A stretch of 63,738 bases of DNA, counting the filler, from Octopus bimaculoides (taxonomy: Eukaryota), in the NCBI RefSeq assembly GCF_001194135.2. It is 8 parts of 8 records of this genome, joined end to end, with 100 filler letters (N's around TTAATTAATTAA, not from the genome) between each part and the next. Parts side by side here need not be neighbours in the genome. Positions count along the whole stretch, not along the records: positions 1 to 13,846 come from NC_068995.1; positions 13,947 to 19,669 come from NC_068988.1; positions 19,770 to 36,449 come from NC_069004.1; 5 more parts are not named here. One strand, written 5' to 3'. The notes beneath the pieces are model-generated. The model did no database searches. It saw nothing but the letters and a program-made list of their open reading frames with translations, and was not told the DNA's origin. A program made the position numbers and the translations under genes. Below are positions 10,863 to 23,016 of the stretch, piece by piece (position 1 is the first letter of the stretch; every line of letters begins with the position of its first letter).

Positions 10863-11915
10863 AGGCTCGTATGGCGGAGATGTTAACGGAACCCTTCCCC
10901 GCTTCAAAATTTTTTTCTTTCTACGGAATCCCATGTTTTAGGCTATGAAGATTCCGATTCTGAAAAAAAAAATTTCAAAAATCGCAACTTCAAAATTTTA
11001 ATTTTCCCCCTCCCCCATTTCTTCATTTTTCAATTTTTCCGGAGATGTTTTTTTTTTGCGAAATACGTACAAAAATACGGAGATTATGATTCTGCAAAAA
11101 AAACTGTTTGTAAAANNNNNNNNNNNNNNNNNNNNNNNNNNNNNNNNNNNNNNNNNNNNNNNNNNNNNNNNNNNNNNNNNNNNNNNNNNNNNNNNNNNNN
11201 NNNNNNNNNNNNNNNNNNNNNNNNNNNNNNNNNNNNNNNNNNNNNNNNNNNNNNNNNNNNNNNNNNNNNNNNNNNNNNNNNNNNNNNNNNNNNNNNNNNN
11301 NNNNNNNNNNNNNNNNNNNNNNNNNNNNNNNNNNNNNNNNNNNNNNNNNNNNNNNNNNNNNNNNNNNNNNNNNNNNNNNNNNNNNNNNNNNNNNNNNNNN
11401 NNNNNNNNNNNNNNNNNNNNNNNNNNNNNNNNNNNNNNNNNNNNNNNNNNNNNNNNNNNNNNNNNNNNNNNNNNNNNNNNNNNNNNNNNNNNNNNNNNNN
11501 NNNNNNNNNNNNNNNNNNNNNNNNNNNNNNNNNNNNNNNNNNNNNNNNNNNNNNNNNNNNNNNNNNNNNNNNNNNNNNNNNNNNNNNNNNNNNNNNNNNN
11601 NNNNNNNNNNNNNNNNNNNNNNNNNNNNNNNNNNNNNNNNNNNNNNNNNNNNNNNNNNNNNNNNNNNNNNNNNNNNNNNNNNNNNNNNNNNNNNNNNNNN
11701 NNNNNNNNNNNNNNNNNNNNNNNNNNNNNNNNNNNNNNNNNNNNNNNNNNNNNNNNNNNNNNNNNNNNNNNNNNNNNNNNNNNNNNNNNNNNNNNNNNNN
11801 NNNNNNNNNNNNNNNNNNNNNNNNNAATCGGAATCTCCTAAAACGTGGGATTCCGTAAAAAAAAAAAAAATTAACTGGGGGAAGGGTTCCGTTTACATCT
11901 CCGCCAAGTGAGCCC
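10863..11915. mobile_element. Non-autonomous DNA transposon with ~95-bp terminal inverted repeats; interior mostly an N gap
   Basis: 10863-10959 (GGCTC..TGGCGGAGATGT.AACGGAACCCTTCCCC..TACGGAATCCCA.GTTTTAGG..GATTCCGATT) mirrors 11826-11915. Superfamily not assignable. Confidence 0.75.
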
Positions 11916-13946
11916 TTTTTTTATTTCACTAATTAAATTAATTTTCTAAATTAATTTTTGTTCTATGTCTTATTAAAATTAGATGGCGGAAATTGTCCTT
12001 AGAATAAAATCATGAATCCGCGATTTTTTAAAAAAAATTACATAAGTTTTCTACGCATGACAAAGTTTGTGAATCGCTGATTTAATGGATTAGAGAAAAT
12101 ATTGCGACAAATAAATGTAAAAATAACATTGCTCCTGAGAAAAAAGAAAAATATTTTTTTCGTGTTTCCCCTAAACCATAAGGATTTGTTATTTACTTTT
12201 AGCACTAGTATATCTTAGCAATACGATTTATTAATTCTATTTTATAGCTTCATTTCACTATAATCAGAGCCTCATAGATTTTAAAGTTACCTTTATTTAA
12301 TACCAGAAAAACGGTGTCAATTGTCAAACTGACGAAGGGGGTACCTACAAGAAAAAAGATACTATAAAGTTTGCTCTAATCATGAAAACAACCAGGCTTG
12401 ACCGATGCTAATTCTGATCTATGTAGACTGGACTCGACACGCAAACTAGTTAAACACGATTGAAAAGCTATTTTATTTCGTAACCGAGAGAGCCTCCAAA
12501 GTGGTCACTTGGCCTGCTGGAAAAACCTTAAAGAGGAGACGTGTATCCAAAATAATGTACTATGGATCCATTATACTTTAAGCAGAGAGGACTTCAATAT
12601 CTTTGATAATAAGATTTTGATCACTCAATCAGGGGTGACATGGGATTGAACAACTTAATTTACAAAGTGTTTATATTAGGTCGTTTGTGAGATCACCTGG
12701 ATAATATATATGTTTGTTATAACATGGAGCAGAAATGATTTCAGACAAAAAAAAACAAAAAAGAAATTGTGACAATTACGTTTTCTCAAAAAGATATATT
12801 AACAAAGAAGGTGAAGCGAAAATGTATACAGTCGGAATTCGAAACCACAAACCCTAGTCAGTTCTAATCAAGTAATAAATTTTATGCCAATTAAAATTCT
12901 TTTCAAGCAACAATGGTCTTGGAATCTCCCTAAAATGATACTGTTGTCATAAAAGATATTACATTAAGGATGATCTTTCATATTACATGTCCCGTTCCTA
13001 TTAATCACATCATTAATAGTGTGCAACGATCACGAGCAAATTACTAAATGGTGCCAAAGAATTCTTGACAATTACTATCATGATCGACATCTACACCTTT
13101 GAAATTGTATTTCTGCAACATTTAATTACAAAATATGTATTATTAAGAACGTTATGAGGAAACAAAGTTGGTAGGAAGCCACCAAACGATATTATCCTTT
13201 GATATATATATAATTCATACTTTAAAAAAAAACAATTGTTATATTTTTACAAAATCTATTTACAACTTGGGAAATTTAATGACTTATTTTATTCTTGTTC
13301 CTGTTTGTATTTACGTTTGAGTTAATAACTGATCACTGAATAATGTGGTCCCCAGATCCATCCCTCGCCCCAAAAAAGAGGGGTGGTCTCAGCTGAAAAG
13401 CCTTTAATTATAGGTCTGGTATGTTCAATCGGGGTTCACTTCGGGTTAAGCAACAACAAAGGAGTTCTTCGGATTTATAAACAACACGTACGGTGCTCAT
13501 TCGGTACTATCACTGCCATTCAATTACATAACCACAAAGCTATCTTTCATAGAAATGATAGCCTTATTTCAAAATATTTAATTTTTCACATCAATCAAAC
13601 CGGATATACAATTCCTTCTTCATCAATCATTAAGCAAGAGATTAAAAAAAAAAATATGGTCAATATAAAGATCTTCACCCGTGAACAAAAAAGGAAAATA
13701 ATAAACCAGCCTGCTGGGTGTTAACAAGTATGTAGAAAACGTATATGAAAAAAAAAATTAGCGCTACCGAAAATTCACAAGATCCGATTTTTCCGTCATA
13801 ACTTTCGGTAAAATGGATATATATTGATTTTTTTTTTTACGGAATCNNNNNNNNNNNNNNNNNNNNNNNNNNNNNNNNNNNNNNNNNNNNTTAATTAATT
13901 AANNNNNNNNNNNNNNNNNNNNNNNNNNNNNNNNNNNNNNNNNNNN

Positions 13947-14190
13947 CGGACTGGAGGCGCCGAAAAGCTCGGAGAATGGAGCGTTGGAGGGGTAGGGTGG
14001 TGGGATGGTAGGTGAGGGGAAAAGGGAGGCGGGAAACGGCAGGGCGGGTTCGGGGGGAGAGAGCAGATGCACGGTCCACAGAACGTGCTCTGGCAAGGGC
14101 GGTGTGGATGGTGGTGGGTGGATATCCACGCAGGCTAAAGTGGTGAGCCATGAGTTGAGACTGAGTTTCAAAGTCATGGCTGTCGCTACA
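13947..14190 (-). mobile_element. Penelope-like element fragment (RT thumb/linker region)
   Basis: FCSDSHDFETQSQLMAHHFSLRGYPPTTIHTALARAR...RLPFPLTYHP matches the CSxxxxF...FxxRGYP...PxxxTYHP signature. GC-rich; runs into a gap. Confidence 0.8.
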
Positions 14191-14225
14191 AAATTTCAGA
14201 CCCTGTGCCTATAGTAGAAAGGATT

Positions 14226-14345
14226 GTGGTCGACTTTGTTTTTTTTTATCTTGTTGGGGTCGATAAAATAAGTACTATTCGAGTTTGGGGTTTGTTGTAA
14301 TCGACTTACCACCCACCGAAATTGACGGGTACGAGCTAACTGAGG
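14226..14345 (-). mobile_element. SINE family B fragment
   Basis: Degenerate reverse complement of family B (GGGGTCGATAAAATAAGTAC; CGAAAT...GCTAAC). Confidence 0.55.
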
Positions 14346-15504
14346 ATGCCCCTCCTCATACATCACTATAAAGATATTATAAACCAAATTTTTAGTAAAA
14401 TAATTAATTGGGTTTCAAAATCATAAAAGACGAAGTACTTACATAAGTAAAATTTCTGATGTTTGTAGAATCATAAACGCATTCCACTTTCAATATATCT
14501 CCCTGGAAACAGAAATGTTGCATTAGGAAGCAGAAAATTAGATGATCGCGCCACTCTCGGTAGCAGTTGGTGAAGTGAAACAGAAAAGAAATTGAACAAA
14601 ACGCTAAGCACATTGTTAGGCCGAAAAACCCTTAATATATTTTAGCAAGAAAGGAAAAAAAAAGATACCATTGTTCTAGGTGAGAGTATATTACAGTCAT
14701 ATTTTCGTGTTATAATATGGCTCCTCGTCCACGCGTATGTTATTGTCGGCACTGTAATTTTTTGTTTACTGCCCAGATCCATCCTGAAGGAATACATTTA
14801 AAACAGATCCAACGAATGGGACCATTCGATCTACACCAGCTATATTAACAGAGTGTTCTTTCTGTTTTTAAGATGGTTGTATGTAATTTGAGGGAGATTT
14901 GACTATGGCTTTACAAGACCAAGCAACCATGTAGAGTTGTGACAGAAAATATTTCTTACCATTAAAACAGTAACTGGGCGATGAAGAAATTTCATTTCCT
15001 GGTAATTGAAATCATAACTTGAATCTTGGACGATAGGTGGTAGTATTGTGCCGTTCCGATAATGGTGAAGGGCCATTTTCCGGCCAAGAAGATGAGAATG
15101 AAGAAGCACTCCGAATATTTTGATTCCCGGTATTTTCCATCGCCTTGGGAAACTCGATCTTCTCTTTGAAATGGACAAGAAAATATAAGCATATAATGTC
15201 AAATCACAGTGAGGTACATTGTGCAAATCGATACATTGGAAAAACTTCCACTTACTAAATGTTGCTGGCAGTTGGGCAGGCAGTAACCGAAGTACCTGAA
15301 GTTACGCACAAACGGTGGAATGAGTTGTGAAAACGGAGACTTCTTGGCATCGACGTAATATCCTATCTCAACCATAGCTGCATCGTATTTTCTCTTTGCT
15401 GGGATCAGAATCATTTCTATGCCGGAAGAATCGAAATGGCCTATAATAATAAAAATAAGAATAAGAATAAGAATAAGAATAAGAATAATAATAATGATAA
15501 TAAT

Positions 15505-15778
15505 AAAACAGAAACAGAAACAATTCCTATCATAGTAGGTGCCTTAGGTATAATAAAAAAAAATATTCAGACAAATACATAACAAAAACACCAGGACTTA
15601 CAAATATATATAACATACAGAAAATTGCACTACTAGGTACTGCACACATCCTACGCAAAACACTTTCAATACAGTAACCATAAGAGCATCACAGCAAACC
15701 ACAACACATACCCAAGGCGCACAGAGCTGCGCTCGGTAGTGAAGTGAAAGCACGTTATAAAAATAAAACTACTGAATA
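15505..15778 (+). mobile_element. R4/Dong-clade non-LTR retrotransposon, 3' end (restriction-like endonuclease C-terminus plus 3' UTR)
   Basis: Translation TIPIIVGALGII..KYITKTPGLTNIYNIQKIALLGTAHILRKTLSIQ* (stop 15675-15677) matches the IPxVxGALG...QKxALLGTAxILR motif. (AAT)n flanks both sides. Confidence 0.8.
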
Positions 15779-15794
15779 ATAATAATAATTCATA

Positions 15795-16000
15795 CTGCTG
15801 TAGGGACGAGGCTTGAAATTTTGCGGGAGAGGGCTAGTCGATTACATAGACCCCAGTACTTAACTGATACTTATTTATTGACTGCGATGGGGAAAATGCA
15901 AAGCTGACCTCGGCAGAATTTGAACTCAGAATGTAAATAATCGGGACAAATACCACAACACTCTTTTCCAGCACTGTAGCTATTTTGGCAGCTTGTTGCC
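15795..16000 (-). mobile_element. SINE family B
   Basis: Reverse complement of the family B consensus seen at 58112-58346. Confidence 0.7.
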
Positions 16001-17379
16001 TAGTATCAAGGCCACTTTCCAGATAAGGAAATTGAAGACCACAAATTCAGTCGTGTTAGAGGTTGATACATTTAAAATAAAACTTGAGAAAGAAAGAACA
16101 TATAAATACATAGGAATAAATGAATGCAAGCATGAAAGAGAAAATCAGTGAGGAATGTTATGGGAGAGTTGGAGCAGTCCTGAAATTTGAACAAAATGCA
16201 CTTAACATGGTGTTGCCATAAATTCCTTAGCAGTTCCAGTTGTTACTTATAGCTACGATGTGTTGAACTGGAATGTCAATAAAGAAAATTGACAGAAAAA
16301 ATACGCAAGCTGCTGAGTTTTATTAAGATGCACCGCTCAAAGGCAGACGTGGATCACCTTTAGCTTCCCAGGCTCTAAGGAGGTCGAGGCTTAATCCAAT
16401 TTGAATTTTCTTACAAAACCACCACAACTGGAATCTTCTCACGATAGGCTCATTTTTATTGCCCTAAAATTTTCTTCAAAAACAGAGAAGAAGAAAGATG
16501 ATGTACGTACACCTCATGAAAATACATGAGAGCCTTTTGTGCGCCTCATAAAACAGAAATGAAACAAGACTGAACTGATGTATAGGACAGTGTTTTTGTC
16601 TATGAACAAGATCAAACGTACGGCACTATCAGTCTGCTTTCCATTAGAGCTGGACATATTATTTTAACTTTAATTGGTGATTTTTTATCATTTTCTTTAA
16701 TTAATAGTTGAAATGGTAAGATTCACACCCATTCATACACAAATCTAGATTTACCTATATTGCCAAGGTAAAATGTTCTCTTCCAGATCTGTCCCATGAC
16801 TTAAAGGTGCATGCAGAAAGACCACCCATCTACTTAGACCACGCTCATCATTCTTATTCTGCTTTCAACAAATTTACTGAAGAGTGGCACTTTCTTCTCC
16901 AACCTCATTTGCTTTAGCCACCTGACAGAGAAAAACCGCCAGTCCTTTCTAATCAAGAATGACGCTAAAGCTACCTTCACAATGGACAATATCTTTAATA
17001 TAGTACGAGGCCACTTATTATGTGGTAATGAACAATCCGTCAGATCAACCAAGTAAATAACAGCCACTTTATTGTTTGCCCATCTCTAAACACTAAAGGA
17101 CTAAGTCGATTCGGGTTGATCTGAACTCAAAACACAAAGGGATGTAACCAAATACCTAAGCCATAGAATGGTATGGGATGGGATGCAGTTGATTAAATTA
17201 ATGTGCAATATATTACTAGTGCCCTAACTTTTTCACTTGGAAGAATGAAAGGTAAAGTTTTTAGTCGACTACAAAAAACATGTGAGTGTGGTACTTCAAT
17301 TAGGCAGCAGTCCCACAACTGAAATTAGTGAAACATAATGAAATTATACATACAAGACTTCAAATCTTGGTGAAGAGCA

Positions 17380-17680
17380 TTGTGCTACTAAAATTTCCCA
17401 GTCAGGAGGGCAAACGTAGGTACACAGAAGCATTAAAAACAAAACCTTCCTAAAATATCTATAACCTAAGGAGTATAGGGACTCCACAAAGATTATCATA
17501 CCTGATGACACACTTGAATGGAAGAATGTATAATTTGAAACCAGACTAGTTAATAGTGAAGTGGCTGAGTTGATATAAAAAAGGCCTAAGACCAAGAGGG
17601 TAGAAAAGGTTGGTGACAATAAGACAGAGATACTGCAAGAACTACTAGAAGTGACTAAGCAGGATTTAAAATGAAGATAC
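17380..17680 (+). mobile_element. Highly decayed LINE RT N-terminal remnant (RTE-like)
   Basis: LVNSEVAELI*KRPKTKRVEKVGDNKTEILQEL resembles the xxxEVxxAIKxLKxxKAxGxDxIxxE motif; multiple stops. Confidence 0.3.
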
Positions 17681-18699
17681 TAAGGAACATAGCTACGAGA
17701 TGTCTGAAGGTTGCTTTTTTTTTCTACCAAATAATAGCAATAAAGTGTAATATACCTTTTAGGTTTAAAGGATTATCGTAGTGGATTTCCAAAATAAAAG
17801 CTACTGGATCATTTGACGTTCCAATTGACATTCCAGCTTGTTCAGGAAAAGTAAATTTCTGAAAGTAAAATTAAAAATAGGAAAAAATTTCGTTAAGCAG
17901 CATGTGCAGGTTTCGATACAGAAATATAACTGGCAGTACATATTTTATTTTCAACAGAAATTTAAAGAGGTAAATTGTTGTAAATGTTACCATCAGAAAC
18001 TACTCTCACCAATAAAATATTCGTCAATGATATAGAGCATTTGCAGTTTATAGCTCCAAACCGTTCCATCTTGCAGAATCTGACACACACACACACACAC
18101 ATCCAAAGACAGAGACATACACACACAGGGACAGAGGTAGGCTTCAGGTGTGCGTTAATATATGTCTGTGTGTATGTGTCTTAGTATATGTATGTGACAT
18201 TACCTCCTCCCCCCCCCCCAGTGAAATGCGCCGATTTTGAAACTGTTTAGTTGTGACCTGGACTTCAAACGAACAACAGTGTTCACTTTTTGAAGTACTA
18301 CCAGCATGAAGATTTGGCTGATTTAACAACACTCACAATACTCGCAAATATATCTGAAAAAAAACAACAAATGTTATTCTGGTTATTATAACAAATTCGG
18401 AAACTTGGCGAAGTAGAAAGCCTCAGCGGCTCTTTCAATATAATTACAGAAATCTTATTCCACTCCTTTTAACCAGTTTGAAGATAATGCATTGTTAACA
18501 GTCCCTATCGTATTCGTATGATTTTTCATCACTGTGAGTATCAACGCCACACAAGCTTTTTACTGTGTTAGTCAGTATTCATTCTACAGCCTATAACGTT
18601 ACACAGTTAAAAAATATATAGTAATGTCAAATTAATTTATGTCATGCTACACACATTCTTCAGCAAATATTTTAAACTAACGTTCACAACAGCATATAT

Positions 18700-18987
18700 A
18701 ATATGTGGCCGGTGCCAGTGCCAGTGCCTGTGGCACGCAAAAAGTACCATTCGAGCGTGATAGATGCCAGTTCCACTTGACTGGCCCCCGTGCCGGCGTC
18801 ACTTAAAAATCACCCACTACACTCTCGGAGTAGTTGACGTTAGGAAGGGCATCCAGCTGTAGTAACCGTGCCAGAACATATTGGAGCCTGGTGCTGCCTA
18901 CGGGCTAGCCAGTCCTCAGTCAAACCGTCCAACCCATGCCAGCATGGAAAGCAGACGTTAAACGATGATGATGATGATGATGATGAT
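18700..18987 (+). mobile_element. RTE 3' UTR-derived repeat ending in (GAT)n
   Basis: GTTGACGTTAGGAAGGGCATCCAGCTGTAG...AACCCATGCCAGCATGGAAAGCAGACGTTAAACGATGATGAT; homologous to the 5995-6170 tail. Confidence 0.8.
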
Positions 18988-19237
18988 ATCTATAATATGA
19001 TATATTGCTATACTAAAGGCGGTGCTCCAGCATGGCCGCAGTCAAAAGACTGTAGCAAGTAAAAGAGAGTAAAAAGAGTATTGAAAGTTTAGGTAAACTT
19101 CGTCACTCACTCATTCACTCACTCACTCTCTCTTTCTCTCTGTGTCTCTCTCAAGACGCAAAAATAAAACGCCTTAAAAGAGAAAGTGGATTTGTTATTC
19201 AAATCTATTCTGCAATCTGGGATTATTATATATTGTA

Positions 19238-19650
19238 CTAGCACTATAGCCCGGCTTTGCTCGGGATTAAGTTAGGATTACCTGAGCAATACCATCAATT
19301 GAGGTAAATTTGGCACCCGGACGTAAGTTTTGTAAGAGGAATAGAGAGGCCTATCTTCTCCCGCAGAGATGTGAGAGTCAGATCTCTCCTTTCGAAAACA
19401 TGAACAGTTTCGTAACATTGTTTACAAAATAATAGCTGATCGTTTGCGAAGGACCGTGTGTAGAGTCAACACTAAGGATTTTTGCTCTGATAACTTCTGC
19501 TCTCTCCCATGTTCACGCACGTCTAGCTATATGTCGCAATGAGTAAAGCAACAGATTCAGCAAATTTGGAAATTAGTTGTGGAGAAACGGAGAATATCGT
19601 TTATATTGTGTATCACTCACTAAAAAAGACGAAATTTAAAAAATCTGTTA
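19238..19650 (-). mobile_element. Non-autonomous Helitron, 3' terminus
   Basis: Minus strand ends CCCGAGCAAAGCCGGG (GC hairpin) ... CTAG followed by T, the canonical Helitron 3' end. The 5' limit is lost in the gap. Confidence 0.6.
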
Positions 19651-19854
19651 TCTCTCTCTCTCTCTCTCTNNNNNNNNNNNNNNNNNNNNNNNNNNNNNNN
19701 NNNNNNNNNNNNNTTAATTAATTAANNNNNNNNNNNNNNNNNNNNNNNNNNNNNNNNNNNNNNNNNNNNGTGAAGGCCAGTCGGCATTGCCGTAGTGGGA
19801 GATTATTCTCTCTCGATAGCATCAGTGACTTTTGGGACACTCTGTGTATGTGTG

Positions 19855-20172
19855 TAGATGCCTGACTTAGTGGGTGGAGTATTCGGCTCACAATTGTAAG
19901 GTAATGAGTTCGATTCATGGCGGCATGTTGTTTTCTTGAGCAAGAAACTTTACTTTAGCATTGCTCCAGTCCTCTCAACTGGAAAAAATAAGTAGTACCT
20001 GTAATTCAAAGGGCCAGCCTTGTCAGACTCTGCATCACACTGCATCTCACTGAGAACTACATTAAATTACACGTGTCTGTGGAGTGCTCAGCCACTTGCA
20101 TGTTAATTTTACGAGCAGGCTGTTTCATTGATCAGTTCAACTGAACACTCGTTGTAACTGACAGAGTCCCCA
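19855..20172 (+). mobile_element. SINE family C, near full length
   Basis: tRNA-like head (TGACTTAGTGG...GAGTTCGATTC), CTTGAGCAAGAAACTT central motif, and a tail shared with 1715-1980 and 49838-49942. Confidence 0.75.
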
Positions 20173-20824
20173 GTTTATATATATATATATTTGTGTGTGT
20201 GTGTGTTTTAATATGTATATATTTCTAGATTATTGCATGTCACCAATGTTTCAAGATAGAGGAACCACAAACTGAAGGTGGCACAGTGTTAAAGGGATGC
20301 AATATTAATACATTTAAGAGAGATTAAGCATGAAGAACAGAAAACCAATCACATTAATTAGAAAGCAAGGGGTTGTTCTTAACAAAATGTGAACACCAGA
20401 TCTTTGTAATTGTTATAAGGTTGTGTGTGTGTGTGTGTGTAGGGATGGTCATATTGTAAACGTATAACATTTTAAATTGTTAATGCTTTTTAAGGAAAAT
20501 TCAAACTGTTTTTGAACCTGTTACAAATCGGACTCCACTGAGTGTATAATGAAAAGTTTTCGTAATATTCTTTTAATTATTTTTTCAGTTGTCAGAATTT
20601 CTGCAAGAATCTGTTGTCTTGAACAGCAAATTGCAATTAATGTTATGTAGAACTTTGTTCTACATAAAATAACAGAGGTTTAGCTTCCTCGTTAATTCTG
20701 TATAAGTGTTTTGTAGCTATTAAAGCAGTTCGGTAACAGAATTGATAGAGCCTTGGATATAATGTGTCGGGATTATTTGTGTATTTTCCATTCATTTGGT
20801 CATGTGGTGCATATGGATGTAGAG

Positions 20825-20954
20825 CAGTGTTTCTCAATCAGAGCCCATGTGGCCCCCGAGGGTATGACAATATAAGACTTTGTTGTTAAAAATAAATTGG
20901 CTATCCTTCTACAATACAGAAAATATTCTAATTATTTTTATACCGTTCCTAATA
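20825..20954 (+). mobile_element. hAT-type MITE, left half, interrupted by an RTE insertion
   Basis: Starts CAGTGTTTCTCAA; interior similar to the MITE at 43486-43734; breaks at the (ATC)n tail of the RTE. Confidence 0.5.
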
Positions 20955-21594
20955 ATCATCATCATCATCATCATCATCATCGTTTAACGTCCGCTTTCCA
21001 TGCTAGCATGGGTTGGACGATTTGACTGAGGACTGGTGAAACCGGATGGCAACACCAGGCTCCAGTCTGATTTGGCAGAGTTTCTACAGCTGGATGCCCT
21101 TCCTAACGCCAACCACTCAGAGAGTGTAGTGGGTGCTTTTACGTGTCACCCGCACGAAAACGGCCACGCTCGAAATGGTGTCTTTTATGTGCCNNNNNNN
21201 NNNNNNNNNNNNNNNNNNNNNNNNNNNNNNNNNNNNNNNNNNNNNNNNNNNNNNNNNNNNNNNNNNNNNNNNNNNNNNNNNNNNNNNNNNNNNNNNNNNN
21301 NNNNNNNNNNNNNNNNNNNNNNNNNNNNNNNNNNNNNNNNNNNNNNNNNNCGAAAATCCTACAGGAGCCAGTCAGGCGGTACTGGCAACGGCCACGCTCA
21401 AAATGGTGCATCTCATGTGCCACCCGCACAAGAACCAGTCCAGGGGCACTGGCAACGATCTTACTTGGCTTGCCGGGTCTTCTCACGCACAGCCCATTTC
21501 CAAAGGTCTCGGTCCGTAGTCATCGCCTCGGTGAGGCCCAATGTACGAAGGTCTTGCCTCACCACCTCAGCCCAGGTCTTCCTGGGCCTACCTC
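20955..21594 (-). mobile_element. RTE LINE 3' fragment (C-terminus plus UTR; internal N gap)
   Basis: High similarity to 5995-6620, including the (ATG)n tail and the GRPRKTW coding end. Confidence 0.9.
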
Positions 21595-22135
21595 ATCATC
21601 ATCATTTAGTGTCTGCTTTCCATGCTGGCATAGGTTAGACGGTTTGACTGAAACCAGTAAGCTGGAGAGCTGCACCAGGTTCCAGTCTAATTAGGCATGG
21701 TTTCTATAGCTGGATGCCCTTCCTAACACTAACCACTCCAAAAGTGTAATAGGTGCTTTTTATGTGTCACCAGCACGGGTGCCATTTACATGACACCAGC
21801 ATCAGCTACAACTACAATTTCATTTGGCTTAATGAGTCTTCTCAAGCACATCATATCATGAAAGGTCTCACTTGACGCCACATTAAAAACACTGGTGCTG
21901 GTGCCACATGAAAAGCATTCATGCTGATGCCACATTAAAAACACTGGAGCTGGTGCCACATATAAAGTATCCAGTGCACTCTGTAAAGTGGTTGGTGTTG
22001 GGAAGGGTATCCAGCCATATAAACTGTTCCTGAACAGACAATGGAGCCTGGTGTGTCCCCTGGCCTTATCAGCTCTAGTCAAACCATCCAACCCATGCCA
22101 GCATGAAAAACAAATATTAATTGATGGTGATGAGG
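21595..22135. mobile_element. Two RTE-tail repeats in opposite orientation (21595-21868 minus; 21870-22135 plus)
   Basis: Both carry the GGATGCCCTTCC/GGAAGGGTATCC motif and point outward toward their (ATG)n-like tails. Confidence 0.7.
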
Positions 22136-22439
22136 ATGAGGGTAAGAAACCTTGGAGATCATAAAATAGAAAGTTAGATGGTGTTTAGGTATGTATTGGG
22201 TTGTTCTTGAGACAACTGGGTGTTGTGTAGGGAGATAGGTTCTTTGAAATGTTTCAGGGTTAGAATTTTGAGGCTGTTGAAGGAACTGAGACTTAAGTCG
22301 TTATGTCTTCGTGGCAGAATGGCAGGTGGAGATAAATAAAATCATTTCTCCTGAAATTGCCAGACATTACTGAAATCTCTGGTGGTTCATTCTCTTTGTT
22401 TCTTTGAAGGTGATTGACAACAACAGAGACCTTCATGTA

Positions 22440-22691
22440 TGCACATCAGGGAAAGAAATTAAAGGTGATTTGTTGGTATCATCATTACCATCATCATCAG
22501 CAGCAGCATCATTCTCATCATAATTATGCTCATCATCATCATTATCACCATCATCATTATGTGCACCACCACCACTACTACTACCACTACTACCACCACC
22601 ATCATCATCATCATCATCAAAGAAAATAAAATGTTAAACATATTAAAACTAATTTAATGGACCCGTATTTGCCAATAATCTATATACACCC

Positions 22692-22744
<53 letters not shown>

Positions 22745-23016
22745 ATTTCGGTATGTTTGATGAATCATTCATAGCCGCAGCATCAAAGTTTATTTAAATT
22801 ATTTGCAAATCTATCATCATCATTAACCAAGCAAGAAGAAATATGTGTAAATAATAATGAGCGTGAACGTATGTTGTGGGTGAGAGGAAATGATAGAACT
22901 CCTTGTCTTGTTGCTGCAACGTTATTATAATAATAATAATAACAATAACGACAATAATAATAATAATAACAATAACGACAATAATAACAATAACGACAAT
23001 AATAATAATAATAATG
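22440..23016. repeat. Compound microsatellites (CAT/CAC)n, (TA)n, (AAT/AAC)n
   Basis: Directly visible; source of the His-rich and Asn-rich ORFs in the track. Confidence 0.9.

Noticed and set aside
11056-11841. Long ORFs in the track spanning X runs (also 25715-27275, 35085-35788, 38708-39814, 46721-47705, 51343-52449)
   Set aside because: Length comes from N gaps; the flanks are microsatellite or transposon sequence.
12324-12352. CTGACGAAGGGGG hammerhead half-core (also CTGATGAGGCC at ~40733, CTGAGGAG at ~311, CTGATGAGC on - at ~61462)
   Set aside because: No complementary stem II followed by GAAA.
13891-13902. TTAATTAATTAA recurring inside N gaps (also ~19714, 36494, 41697, 50466, 60335, 62441)
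   Set aside because: Always embedded in Ns and has stops in all six frames; an assembly or scaffolding spacer, not biology.
20589-20837. Acceptor at 20588 and a 64-aa minus-strand ORF
   Set aside because: All frames close quickly, the ORF start lies in a MITE, and no motif is recognised; not supportable as an exon.
22150-22400. Possible CR1/L2-type RT remnant; similar faint RTE-like traces at 23090-23250 and 33010-33110
   Set aside because: Similarity is limited to a few residues judged by eye; too weak to list without a profile search.
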